From the NCBI GenBank assembly GCA_904063045.1, contig CAJFCJ010000019.1:3292684-3356683 (forward strand): DNA of 64,000 bases. Direction: 5' to 3'. Shown piece after piece: positions 1 to 19,336 of the stretch. The notes beneath the pieces were generated by a model. It made no database searches, was not told the origin of the DNA, and saw only the letters and a program-made list of their open reading frames with translations. The stretch's first letter is position 1, and every line of letters starts with the position of its first letter. Both the position numbers and the translations under genes were made by a program. The stretch comes from Dimorphilus gyrociliatus. Its lineage: Eukaryota; Animalia; Annelida.

Positions 1-2426
<2,426 letters not shown>

Positions 2427-3857
2427 AAATTTAGATTTCACCAGCTTTATGTTGTATACGTTCTTAGGCCTACGTCACCCCAGTTCGCTCTTCCGCTGAA
2501 CAATGGGTCTTTTTTTACATTTCACGCTTTCTCTACTTTTCTTCTGCTCAAAGTACAAATTGAAACTGCAAACGTAATTGAGTGTATCTTTTTTTTTCTC
2601 TTAAATTCCGTGCCACAAGAGTTTATTGTACATATTTTCACTATAAATGGGGCTAAAGAGAACTTGCAAATTGTAGATTTAAAAATTTTGTATCATGTAT
2701 CTATATTGTAGGCCGAATTAAGAGTAAGATATTTTTTTAAATATGCACTGTGCACCACTCATAACTTAGAAGTTAATTAAATTGCGTGAAGGAATATAAC
2801 ATGCACTATTAGCGTTAAAAAGTTTATATATCTTTCTATAACTTTCCTTTCTATTATATTAAATATCTCTATATTATTCATTAATTCGTAAAAATCTGAT
2901 ATGAAATAAAATTGTTGCATCGTTTCACTAATAATACTTATTTATTTTATTTACCTTCTGTGGAGGATAACGCGGTCTCCGCAGATGACGCTAGCATTTT
3001 ACCCTTCTAAACTAGCTTGTAAAATCTATTAAATGGAGAAAAAACCGTGCTCAAATTTTAACTAATCATATACACTAATCGTATATGGAGGTGGAGTGAG
3101 TTACGAATAAATCGGCTGAAATGTAGAGCATAGATTATGTTGGTTTCACTATAAAAACTGCTATATTAATCTCATATAGTTTAAAACTAGATGGTAATCG
3201 TTACCTAGTTTTAAAAGATTACTTATAGTATATGAGACTTTTTTATTGATATTAAATTTCGATCACAATTATGCCTATCTACATATATAAGCACTAATCC
3301 GCAACTCACTCTGGCAGATAAATAGGAGAAAAAGCAAGTTATTAAGGAAACAAAAAAAGAAAACTAATTAATTGATTAATCGCTACAGCTACACATAGAC
3401 TTGATGAAAATGGGACAAAAAAAAAACTTAACGATGACAAAAGATTTTTATTCTAGACGCCTAGACGCTGGCAAAAAGTTAAAACGAATAGTATGTTATT
3501 CGATTTAATTTTAATAAAATATATATAGTTCCCCTTCTAGGATTAAAATACCTTAGTAACAATTATTTATAACAAATGGCATCTTTTGTTTTTTATTAGA
3601 CAATGGAAAGAAAGAAAATAGCCGTATAGACTATTGAATATCATATTCCTTAAATAAATCAACTATGTATGTAACATATCTACCTTAAAACTTTCAATTA
3701 ATATAGCAAGCGCAGATAATTAAAAATTGTTTCCCAGACAGCAATATCATCTTTCTCATTAAAATGTCTCTTAATATACAAGCCAAAAGATGATGGTAGA
3801 TGTTTCAACATATATAATATTTTCCTCGGTAATAAGTTTTCTACAGAATCGTCTATA

Positions 3858-3893
3858 AATATATATATATATATATATAGATATATATATATA
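3858..3893. repeat. (TA)n microsatellite
   Basis: Directly visible; one interruption. Confidence 0.9.
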
Positions 3894-6800
3894 ATCTAAA
3901 CAATATCCCATATAACCCCATTATGGGATTTTACAAGTAAATATTTAGTTTTTATACAAAAGCAATGTGTTACTTATTTTAATTGCCATTGAAAATTAAT
4001 TAGACTATTTTCTATTATTGGTAACACAAATCCTAAATAAAATGACGCTTAACACGAAGGCTTTAATAAACGACTAATCGAGCTTTTCTTCTATTGAAAA
4101 AAAATTTCCCACATGGCTAATATTCGTTTAAAGACATTTTTTTTTATATCTATAGAAATTTCTTTATATGAGTCTTTATGTCCTATACAAATAAACTTAT
4201 ACAGTTGTAGGGAACTGTTACATGAATGCTACACACTTTTGCTATTCATATAAACTTAAGATATTAACAAAACGGAAACAAAATGGCATTTGATTAAGTC
4301 GAACGTGTATACAATCTTGTTTTCTTTTTCTTTTTGGTTGTTGCAAATTTTAGGCACATTCTTATGGTAATTTTAGTTTAGTTTAACTCTTATTTCGCTC
4401 CCACGCTAATGTTGACTCCCGAAGGTAAGCATTCCTGAGAGCTAGGAAAGTAATTATCACCTCTAGAAATTATTAAATTCATTGAGAAACACCTTCTTTT
4501 AGAAGAAAATGCAACTAATGCCAATTATCTGTTGGAATTTTAATCGAAACACTATTTAAAATTGTTGGGAAAGAGTTCAGAATATTGCTATTTCGATTAA
4601 TTAAGTATCTTCCCGAACAATACATATATAATTAGAGTAGCTTTACCAATCTTTGATTTGGATTCTTTAGCAAGTGACGTCACACTCTTTAAATGAAGAC
4701 CGTAATTCAATTTACCTTTTCGATAGGAAATTTACGTAAGTGGGTACTTGAATATTTATCTTCAAATTTCAATTACTTAGAGCAGAATGACCTAACAATC
4801 AAACTCAAATTTGTAGAATGTTTTTATAAATCAAGAGGGAGAAAAATTTTAAGAAGGATTATCCGAAGAGATAAATACGTTTTTTTTTCTTTCCCCGTCG
4901 ATGGATTCTAATATCTAGATAATTTAATCCTGTCTTTATTCAATCTCGTAAACATATTACTTATGGAAGACAACACTAGTAGACAGGCAACGATACTCTT
5001 TGCCTTGGACCAATATAAGGTTAAGTTAAAAGGATCTAATAATAAATTGAGCTGAAAAATACTTTAAATTTCAAATTATTATTAAACTAATATTATAAAT
5101 ATATCTATCTAAAATAGGCAACAAACAGCTAAGAATTCTTATACGCTCTTCTTTGAATATATAAAGCAGTCCAATTTCATTATTATCAACGAAATAAATA
5201 GGAAATTGTATATAGTAACAAAATTGACGTATATACAGTATATATAAAGTATACTGTATAAGCTTATGTTGTTTTTTTTTTACGTAGATATCTTTCAATA
5301 TCTTCTATATCAATGTTCTTATTGAATATTACCATTTCTTTCTTTTTATAAACCACCTTTTAAAACATTTATTGTATACGTTTGTTTTTATCTCTCTTCT
5401 TCTTCTTCTTCTCTTCTGTTCATAAAAAAAACTTATTCTATTTTAAATAAAAGTAAATCTTTTTTTATAGCTGATGAGTTAGTTATTTTTTTTAAAAAAA
5501 CAAAAAAGAAAATGAATATTTTCTACGATGATTAGATTATTTCTTTAAAGACAAATAATTTCGTTTCTCTTTGCGTTCCCTTTTCACCGTCGACTTTATA
5601 AATCCTACGAAAAAAAAAAAAAACACCTTTTGCGAACGTTTACCAATTACCCTTATAAGAAGGGTATTCCCCTTTCATTACATTCCCTACGGTATTGAAA
5701 TCTACTGGAAACATTGGCAGCGCTAAACTTTGATTTTTAGCTCCACGGAATTTCAAAACCTGGCTGAAAACTAGTACTTTTCTCAGTAGATCGAGTATCA
5801 AAAAAAAATGTATACGTCATTCATATACATACTTTGAACTTTGAACTATATGATTCTTGTTTTACTGTGCCTGAAAATTGTTTGAATCTTTTAAAGGACT
5901 TGGAATTATTTATTTTATGTCTTTACTACGGTTGCTTTATCATTGTGAAGAGTCCTAAATTGACTAGCAGGTCAATTAAATTATCTAATTTAGAAATAAA
6001 TCAATGCTCCTGTTTCGGATGATTGAGAAAAGAAAATTGTATTTATTTAAGATTTTAAAAGAGAATACTTTTTAATAATTAGATTAATCATAGAACTCGT
6101 TTTAGTAACCTTTGTAATACGAGTAGTAGCTTTTCTTTCAGAGTGGGATTTTGTATTTATACAGAGAATGCATTCCCACCTAAGGAGAGATGTGATATAG
6201 CTAATTGACACATCAGGCATAATCTGAATAAAACCTATTTATAAAATATAATAGCATGCTCTATCGCCAGAATAAATTGAAGCTTCTCATGAGAATAGAA
6301 GATTAATTGATTTAACAATTGATGCGAGAAAGACTGTTGTGGATACAATAAACCCTAATGACAAGGTGAATATCACAATATTAAAAATAAACCTGACTTA
6401 TTTATACAAGAATTGATAAAATACAAGTGAGGACTGTAAATTGATAACAGTATAGATTCTGCTATTACAAAATATAAAAAACATCGCTAAGATTAAGGGA
6501 ATATAATGATATTTTTCCTTGTAATTCATAATTTATTTACAGAATTACTCTTGTTTTTATTATTAGCCCAACTTAAAAACTAGATCTAATCTATAAAATT
6601 TCTAATTGAAATATTATTTTTAGAATATCCACAGGCCTAACTAAACTATATAGTAGATGATAATCCATTAAAAATGAATTTTGAGAACATAGAAACGCTC
6701 TACAAAGTATTTTGACACGGAACTTTCCTTATACTAAGCAATTCTCAATGGAATAAGGAAAATAACAAAATTTCCTCTAGTAGTATGTGATTTTATTTTG

Positions 6801-8023
6801 TAGGCAAATGATTTTCATGTAGAAAATCTTAAATAACTAATATTTAATAATCATTGAATATTGTTTCTGTTTCTTTTTTATATCATCAATATAAAGTATC
6901 ATCTTACGCGTAAATATAAACGAAAAAAACTATAGAGAGTGGATTGTAACGAATTCATATATTACTATAAGAATTGAAGACAAATTTTCCTAATTAGATT
7001 ACTTGTAGAGTTATAAAAATTTCAGTTCTACATTTATCTATTAGATACTTTGATTAATAGCCTCATTTGCGTTTAATGTTATCTGTACAAAAAAGAAAAA
7101 ATAGTATTTAGTTAAGATAAGATCATTTTTTTTTCACCATTTTTCACCATTTTAACAACGTCTATTAAAAAGTCAACAACATTCTGTTGATCAACAAATA
7201 TCGTAAAAAAAAGGAAAGTTTCTTTAAGGATTAGTAAAATATTTAAGCCTATTTAGATCGGGGTTATTACATCTTATTTATAATGTTAGAATGAAAATGT
7301 TGATTGTATACAATATACACATATTAATGTTAACCTATATGCCAATTTCATGTTTTAATACAGGGATAATTATAGGAAATTTCTGATGAGCTCACATAAA
7401 AGTCCAACTGTGGAATGTCTTTCTTTTCACAACACGTGACAATCATACACATCAATGTGAACTAATTTCGAATGGAAAACGAAGAGTCTTAGGATTTTAT
7501 TCATATAATATATATATATATATAGCATGATAGATAAAACTCATTACTCTTTAGACGACTGAATTGTTTAAAATTAGACAATAGTCATAAATTTATAAGT
7601 TATATCTAATGTAGTCTAGCATTTTCGACTCTCAATAAAACATATTCAAAGTAATGTGGGTAGGCTTTGGTTCGTTATTCATTTTTTGTAATCGCATTCC
7701 ATATTGAAAGGTGCAATCGTGCAGGGGATTTCAATACATATAATATAGGGCGTTGTTTTTTGGAACAGACTGTTTCGTTTAACTTTTACACTAGTTTAAT
7801 TTTAGAAATTGTGTTTATTTATTTTATAATTAAACATTGAATAATAAAAAGATAACAAAAGCTAAGGAAAGAATCGGATTGTGAAAAGAGAACCCCCCGT
7901 CTCTAGATCCGGATAGGGCGCCTACACAGCAAGTTCCACCATGTACACTCAGCCACCTTTTGATACAACGTTTCGTCTTTAGTTTATCGTTTTAGCCGAA
8001 TTAGACAGAATTCTAGATAAAAA

Positions 8024-11000
8024 ATGGCAACCGTGATTGAACAATTAAAGCAACTTCATGCCTCTCAGGAGAACTCCTGGCCAAGACCAATGAAGAAATC
8101 CCAGCTTAATAAAATATTCTCGCCTGAATCTCCTAATAACAGCGATAGTGAAACCTTAAGGAAACAAAGGGGTGGAAAGTTTGTCATGCAGTCAGCTTAT
8201 AAAACGTTAGCCATCAAAGATAAAACAACGACTCCCGCAGCTGCGAAGGACATATTTAAGAATCAATTGGGAGAGACTCTTAAAAGAAATTATGGAGCAA
8301 TGCAGCAAGCAGCTATAGAAAGAAGTGAGAAGGGAAGTGGTATGCCGTTCTCTCCTAAAAAACGCGAGAGTACAACTGGAACAGAAATCAGCACCCAAAC
8401 AAGTTTAGAAGACCAGATATCAAATAAAAATTTGCTCCCTTCCGCTTCAACTTCATCTTTTCCCATCCCAGCATCACCACCAGCATCACCGCCAGCTCCA
8501 CCGCCGCCTCCTCCGCCACCTCCACCTCTTCCTTCTTCCGCATCTACTCACTCCACTTATTCTACTCCACCTATAATTTTAAGGCAAACGCCAACGGCTA
8601 ATAGGAAAATAAGTGGAACAACTCAGCAAAAGGTGGATAGTAGAAACTCTCGGATAGATATAGAGAAATCAAAGGCTATCCTTGAAAATACCCTGGGTAT
8701 GAGAAGTATGCAACCGACATGGATTCATAGACGTTCATCTGCAAATCAGAATACAGGTGTAGATTCTTCTGAGAAACCTCTCTACTCTCAAACATCACCT
8801 ATAATTACACCAAGGACTGATGATACGGAAGTAGGATTTTCTCGGTCAAGACCTTCCAGCACAAGATCAACGAAGACGTACTTATCTCAACTTAGCGGTG
8901 TAGAAGGTTCCTACGATGTCAATAAAGACGAAGATTCTTCACCTTCATCGTCGGAAAATGAAGCTGAAGACTCGAAACGAAATAGCGAAATAAGACACTT
9001 TAGAGTAGATGAGAAAATAACTAAAATGGATATGTCAAAGAGGGAATCTCAAGGCTCTACAACTTCAAGGAATATCAGGAGAGTGTCTACCGATGGAGGG
9101 AGTCATATGAGCAACTCACGGAAGAATTCAACTCAATCGGGACAATCCGGAAATGTAGGAGATTTCGCGAATGCTTATTCAAGTAATGTATCATTACCTA
9201 CTAGAAGGAGTTCAGTGAAATCGATTGAGCATCAAAAATCTGATGCTGCTCTTTCGAGACGAAGTTCTACCAACTCCGCTGCGTTGGCCCATAGAAATAG
9301 TGTCACTTCAAAGACTTCCAAATCGGATTTATCAAGATTATCGAATATGTCCGACAAACACGAAACAAGTCCCAGAGACTCTTTTCGAGATCAAAATTCT
9401 CGTATCTCGAAGACATCAAGCAACTTCGATTACAGCAGAAGTTCGACTAACTTAGACAATAAAGCTAGAAATTCCAATGCAAAACGTTCATCTGTGGTCT
9501 CATCAAATGATAACTCATCACTAAGAGAAACACAAAAATCTCCTCCTGCAAGAAATTCAGTAGCTTCAAACGCAAGAAGCTCAGCATCTTTATCATTTGC
9601 ATCTGATTTTGGAATAGGGGAAATGATAAAGACATCATCTCTTTCTGCAGGACGAGAAGGAGATAGAGATAGCCATATGTCCACTTCTTCGGTCAGCGCG
9701 AAGCCCGCTCCTGATACTATAGAAAGGCGTACAAGTGAAACCATATCAAGCAAAAGAAACTCAGCAACATCTGAGAGCTGGGCTGCAGGGGAACGAACGT
9801 ACGGCAGACAATTAAATCAATCCGCTGATCGATTCTCGGACTCAGATTCTTCCACTATAAAAGGAGATCTCTCCAGAACAAATAGCAGACAGTCACAAGC
9901 GTCTAGTAGAATTTCAATGGATCCTATGCCTGGTTATCATCATTCATCCAACAGCAGAAATAACTCTTTTAAAAGTGTAACTGATTCTTTTGGTGCCAAA
10001 GACGATTTGGAGAGGAAGATATCGTATCGTTCGTCGTCCGCTGGCGATCGATCATCTAGACAATCTTCCGCAAGCCCTATAAGAAGTATGTCACCTAGAC
10101 AGCCAATAGTTATAAGCCGAACCATGAGTCCTCGACCGTTTGCAGACAAGCCTGCTTCTTCAACTCTTCAGAAGATCTTATCTACATCCTCCACCACTGA
10201 AATTAAAACGTATAAACCTGAAACAGAACATAATCCCGTACCTTCTTCCGTTTATCATCCAATTATAAGTGCAAAAGCTGAGGTCGCTTCATTAACTGAG
10301 CGCTCAAAATCTAATAGCGAATCTCATAGATCTTCTTCATCCTACCTCCCAAATAGTTTATCCTCTTTGGAAGAACGTAAAGCTCCCTCTAATTTTTCAT
10401 CGACCAACTCAATTGACAGAATGCTGCGTGAGAGGGAGAGTCAAGTAAGACAATCGAAGTATGAAGAAATTGCAAATCCGTTTTTATCGTCTACTTCTTC
10501 TGTTGAAAGAATCGAAGAAGCGTCCAGAAGAACATCTAGAATTTCCGAGAAGGATGAAATAGATTCCTCTTCGACAAGTTTATCGAAATCTAGAGTTTCA
10601 CATAGATTAGATGATTTTAAACCTCCTAACTTGAACCTTTCTAATAATAGAGTTCAAAGGTCGGAAAGTGGAAGGCGATTTGAGTCGAAAACTTCAGAGA
10701 CTCAACCAAATTTTTCAAATTCAACTCTTAAAAAGAAATTAATAAGAAAATTAACTGAAGATGATATCAATTTTAGGACGGAAGCAGTCAAATTACTTGA
10801 ACAATACAAAAGTGCTCCTACAACACCAACTCACACTTTAGAAAGACCAAAAGAAAAGTTATCTTCCCCTCGGGAAAATGTTAGGCGAAGCAGTAGTGTA
10901 AACGACCTTGATGCCCTGAAAAAATCTATTGAGGCAGAGCGGTTAATTGAAAAAGGAAGAGTTAAAGATCTAGTAAAAGGAAAATTTTTAAACCTAAAGC

Positions 11001-14000
11001 TAACTGGAGGGCTATCTAATCCTGAACTTTTTAAGACGAAAGAATCAGATGATGCGCCTCGTATTCGTAAGAAATGGCTTGTCGAAGGCATCGACATTCC
11101 AGCCACCAGTGACGAAGCTTTGGCTCCATTTTTACCCTCTAGACCTATAAATCCTTTTANNNNNNNNNNNNNNNNNNNNNNNNNNNNNNNNNNNNNNNNN
11201 NNNNNNNNNNNNNNNNNNNNNNNNNNNNNNNNNNNNNNNNNNNNNNNNNNNNNNNNNNNNNNNNNNNNNNNNNNNNNNNNNNNNNNNNNNNNNNNNNNNN
11301 NNNNNNNNNNNNNNNNNNNNNNNNNNNNNNNNNNNNNNNNNNNNNNNNNNNNNNNNNNNNNNNNNNNNNNNNNNNNNNNNNNNNNNNNNNNNNNNNNNNN
11401 NNNNNNNNNNNNNNNNNNNNNNNNNNNNNNNNNNNNNNNNNNNNNNNNNNNNNNNNNNNNNNNNNNNNNNNNNNNNNNNNNNNNNNNNNNNNNNNNNNNN
11501 NNNNNNNNNNNNNNNNNNNNNNNNNNNNNNNNNNNNNNNNNNNNNNNNNNNNNNNNNNNNNNNNNNNNNNNNNNNNNNNNNNNNNNNNNNNNNNNNNNNN
11601 NNNNNNNNNNNNNNNNNNNNNNNNNNNNNNNNNNNNNNNNNNNNNNNNNNNNNNNNNNNNNNNNNNNNNNNNNNNNNNNNNNNNNNNNNNNNNNNNNNNN
11701 NNNNNNNNNNNNNNNNNNNNNNNNNNNNNNNNNNNNNNNNNNNNNNNNNNNNNNNNNNNNNNNNNNNNNNNNNNNNNNNNNNNNNNNNNNNNNNNNNNNN
11801 NNNNNNNNNNNNNNNNNNNNNNNNNNNNNNNNNNNNGAACCGTCATTCAGATCGAATTCAATTGAAACAAGCGACCATTCACCAACAAGTAGCGATGAGA
11901 AAGAGGATGAACACGATGAAATGATGGAAAATCATCATCATTTTACAATGAACATGGGTGATTCGACTGTGTTTGCTGGAAGGGTTCCGCAAAGGTAGGC
12001 ATAAATCTATACAATCTATGTAATTTCAATGCTATTATCATCTAAATTTTAACGAAGAAGGTTGACTACGGCCCTAAAAACTTATATAAAAAGAAACAAC
12101 AAAGCCTTTGATAGTTCCCTTTAATATATACAAAGGTCATATAAATTTCTCTTAATTTAACAATTCATATCCTCAACTTGAAGGTAAGCTAAAAAAAACC
12201 GTATAGCTAAAGTGACGTAACTTAGAAGCGTATGAAAATAGGACAATAGACTTGCGTAAATAAATCAATTTTTACTAATATCACTCAATTTTCAGTTAAA
12301 CTAGTTTATTAGTATTTAAATCTTAATTAAAATATCAAACTATTCGCTCCTGATCTCTGAGTCCACAGATGATTGTTTACGAGATTTAAAAGATGTCCTA
12401 AATATAAGACAAAATAATATATTCTATACGCAGCGTACATGGAAATACATCTTCTGGCAATATATACGCCTAGAATTTTGTGTAACAAAGCTTATTGAAT
12501 TATTAAACTTAACATTAACATAAAAAAAATATAAACCTAATAATTCAATTTAGGTTTTCATTTGTTTGCACAAACAGCAAACAATAACATATATACTGTA
12601 TATAAAAGATATATAATTGTATAGTTCTTATACTATAGTGTATAATAACAAAGTACCTAAATGTATATATATCAAGAATATTGTAATATACAAGAAAAGA
12701 CTATTTTTACAGTAACTGGTATTTTGAATCTGAACAAGTACTATTCAATGTAAAGAAGGAAAAATATACCAATATAAAATCGATATTTAATAAAATCTTA
12801 TATTTAGGGCAGTTCTTTTTACGTCGTGTTATGTACCAGTGTAAATGTTTATGAAATACTCTTAGATCTTTTATTACCTATAGAAATTAGTTGTGTAAAT
12901 TAAATTTTTCCTATTTTATATCAGCTACGTTACTCCTGATAATTTTCAATACGAGCAAGAATATTTCGAACCTGAGCCTTATCAAGTTATCATAGACCCC
13001 TACCAGAATCAAGGCTTTGAATATCAAATTCAGGAAGGTTACGATTACGTTGACTCACCAGAATATTGGATTGCTGATCCTCCAGAGCATACTCAAGATT
13101 TAGAAGGATTTCAATACGATTTCCCAAGGAAACCGGAGGTATTTAGTGAACAAAATATTGCAAGGATCGAAGTAGCTGGAGATAAGAATAAATATAATTC
13201 GAAATATGCTCATAATCCGTCAGTAACTTCTGAACCCTATGCAATAATTAATGCAGAAAAATCTACCTATTTACCCGAAAATTATGAAAATCAAGTCTTC
13301 CTTGAAGATGATTTAGAATTGGCCGCCCTAGAAGAAGCTAGAGACTCAGCTATGAATCCCATTTTGATTAATGACTATTCGTCGGGAATTCAACAGACCT
13401 ATATTTTACAGCCCATTGGAGAAATCTCCTCAGTTATACATCCAACTGCAGCTTCCGAAATTTCTGGTCCTTCAATGGCTCCACAATTGAAGATACAGAC
13501 CGGAAGTATGACAGCTAGAGAAGAAAATGGACAGTATAAGGTTGAAGTTCCTTTTGGGCTGGTCGCTGAAGATACATCTGTCATTGACCAACAAAATATG
13601 TTACAGCCTCTTCAACTGCAGCAAGTTCATCCAATATTTTTGGATAAACAATTTCAACAGCAATATTACAATCCAAATGTTGTATATGTTACCAGTTTGG
13701 ACTATACGGATACTCCCAGTCAAGTACAATATCAAACGAACAATCAGGAAGTTCCTCATTCTTTTACCGGTACAAAACCTAATTATGAGATGCAAATAAA
13801 TCAACAAATACGAGTTGATTATGACAAGCAAGACTTAGTTCGTGGAAGCATTTTGATAGAAAAACATATGGACGAAACTAATGCAACACGGCCACTTAGC
13901 GACGATCACTCAAATCCGTTTCATCACGGTTTTCGCCAAACCAAAGAGAATCCCATGTACAGTAGCGATCCGGATTTAAGAATGGCGGGTGCTCATACTG

Positions 14001-14899
14001 AAGCTGGCGAGGCCACAAGTACCGCAAAAAGAATCCCAAAAATGCTAAGCAGAGATACAAAAATATTTATTGATGGAAGACAAACAGCCGCTGATCAAAT
14101 TGATTCTCTTGATTATGCATCGAGTAGTGAATATTCTGAGCATGATTTGACAGATTATGGAAATCTCAATTCATTACCAAAAGCAACGCCTATAAATCCA
14201 TCAGAGGAGGAGCGACAAGATATATTACGACTCTTAGCTAATGCTCCAGCAGATAGTATAAGACAAAGTATAAATGTCGAGAGAGAAGAAGAAGAGATAA
14301 TTGGTCCAAGTGAAAACGGCACTGATCCATTATTGAACTACGATACAGTCTCGGAAAAAGTTGATTTATGTTTAAGGGACGGTGTTGCTGAACTTCAGGT
14401 ATTTCTCAATTAAAAAAGCTTTTAGGATGCTTATTATTTTTAATTTCAGGTGAAAGTCCGCTGTGAAAGGGTTGTTCCTATCAGAGGTAGCGATGATATG
14501 TTTAAAAAGTCTTCGGTTATCGTTACAAGACAAATAGACGTCGACTTGGAAGCTACTGCTGAAAGAAGAAGGCTGTTGAAGAAAGTCCTGCGAGCATCAC
14601 ACACAGACCAAAAAGGCAGGGTGAGACTATCAACAAAGGATACTTTCCGATTATATAGAACATTTATGGGAATGGCGGAGCAAGAGGAAGGTTTCCAAAA
14701 TCAAAAGATTGCTGTCGAAGAGGAAGTAGATGAAAGAACAAGGCCTAGCGACTTAGATAATGATTTAGACTTGAGCGATAGCGAATTCGATTATAGGAGC
14801 TATTCATTGAAAAATAGCAAAAAAGTTGTCGAAGACGATGCAATAAGTTTCCAATCTGCAGTTAGTGAGTCAAAGGTTAAGAGAGATTTACTATATTAA
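8024..14899 (+). CDS. Large (~1950 aa, gap-dependent) mostly low-complexity protein of unknown function; exons 8024-11994 (contains N gap), 12925-14398, 14450-14899
   Basis: Uninterrupted Ser/Arg-rich ORF with poly-Pro. Phase-2 donor at 11995 joins the tcag acceptor at 12924 into an open frame that continues into ORF 13319. A 51-nt intron (14399-14449) joins ORF 14450. No family recognised. Confidence 0.8.
11160..11836. other. Assembly gap (run of N) inside the large orphan exon
   Basis: Run of N. Confidence 1.
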
Positions 14900-15296
14900 C
14901 CAATATTTACACGAAAAGAACTAGTTATAATATTCTTAGCAGCTTAATCATCTATAAGAGTTTATATTATGTCAATATAATTAATTAAACTCATACTTGG
15001 ACCACCTGGACCGTGCTTACAACCGCTAGGCTTTATCTGCTATTAGTATATTAATTGAATTGTTTTTTATATCTGAAACTTATCGTAACAGATTTATATC
15101 TTATAGCAAATTCCAGCTTTTCTATTCAAGTTAGTTTGATGAATCGGAATATACAAGGGAGCCACGATGAAAATATTTGTTAAATAAATAATTTTTACTA
15201 AATATTTGCAATGAGTAATGAAATAAATTTAGGTTTAGAAAAATCAATTGAATTATTTGAGTACTGCAGATTGACCGTCTTATTCTGTCTTTTATT

Positions 15297-18255
<2,959 letters not shown>

Positions 18256-19336
18256 TTTTTATTCACACATCCGCAACATCCGCTTCGTAGAATTATGGGG
18301 AGTAATCGCGTTTAATAGAATTTCTAACTCGAAATCTATTCGACTTAGATAGCATATGCTATATTTGCGCGAAATTTATAAACATTTTTAAGTTAGAGAC
18401 GTCAGTAGTCCCTAATTCCCTATATTCTAGTGCAAGAATAATTCAGAATTATGACACTCACAAGAAAATCACTCCTCTTTACAAAAATAGCTTTGAATTA
18501 AATTAGTAAGCTTATCAGTTAAGTCGGTAATAGTAAATATCTTCTCAGGTATAAATCAATTAAAGATAGCCTCACAGATCTAATCGTAAATTAAATTATA
18601 ATATCACTTAATTATTGTAAAGTGAGAATATCTCAGAGCGGGAATACTTCGAAAGGTGGCAAGTGTTAAGTCGCCAAAGCTAATAGAAAATTAGCAGGAG
18701 CTTACAGAGCAGATGTTTTGAATTGGAAATGACATACGTACGTTCGGGAATACTACGGTCATTAAATTATCAGTCCAACAACTTATACTCTGAAGTGCAT
18801 ATCAGGCATATGTCAGCTCTTAACTCTTAATTATAAACATTAGGTCAACTTTAAAAGGATAGCCGTATTTGAAATATTTTGTTTATTACAGTTTATATTA
18901 TAAGTATAAAAGGCCTTTATTAAAAGTAAAATCTATCGATTTGGTGTGTTTTGAACAATCAATAACTTTTCTTTGATCAAATAATCATTCATTTTTTGAT
19001 CGTTCTAGTTTATTTTTGCCTTAACTACATACGAATTTTTAACAAATTGTGTGCATTTCACATAAAAATATCAGATTATCACTTTCAATATAATAATTTA
19101 AATTTTATTACCGGAAGTCATATTGAGATAGCAGGAAATTAAAAGTAAATAGATCCGAACCAGTTTGAATAGTTATAAATAATGCGGAATAGCATGGTTA
19201 ATCTTTTAACCAATAAGCATTCAGATAGCGTCCGTTAGAACTTCTTGTTGAGACAAGCAGTGAGTTGAGTGTTGCAGTGGCAGAAACGCTTGAAATCCTT
19301 CCATTTTAGCCATTTGGAGACAAATTCGTCTTAAAA

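Noticed and set aside
5648-5666. Hairpin TACCCTT-ATAAG-AAGGGTA
   Set aside because: Only a 7-bp stem, with no tRNA, snRNA or miRNA context; a prokaryotic terminator call is irrelevant here.
4693-6022. Short ORFs 4693-4911, 5071-5298, 5834-6022
   Set aside because: AT-rich intergenic sequence, no motifs or consistent splice partners; likely chance ORFs.
11160-11836. Apparent frame conservation across the N gap
   Set aside because: Gap length is an estimate, so it says nothing about true protein length.
8207-13831. Antisense and alternate-frame ORFs over the orphan gene, including the poly-X ORF 11157-11846
   Set aside because: Shadows of Ser-rich coding sequence, or an artefact of the N gap.
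19164-19294. CHR-like TTTGAA/CTTGAA and CCAAT near the cyclin B promoter
   Set aside because: Plausible for a G2/M gene, but hexamers are too frequent in AT-rich DNA and the TSS is unknown.
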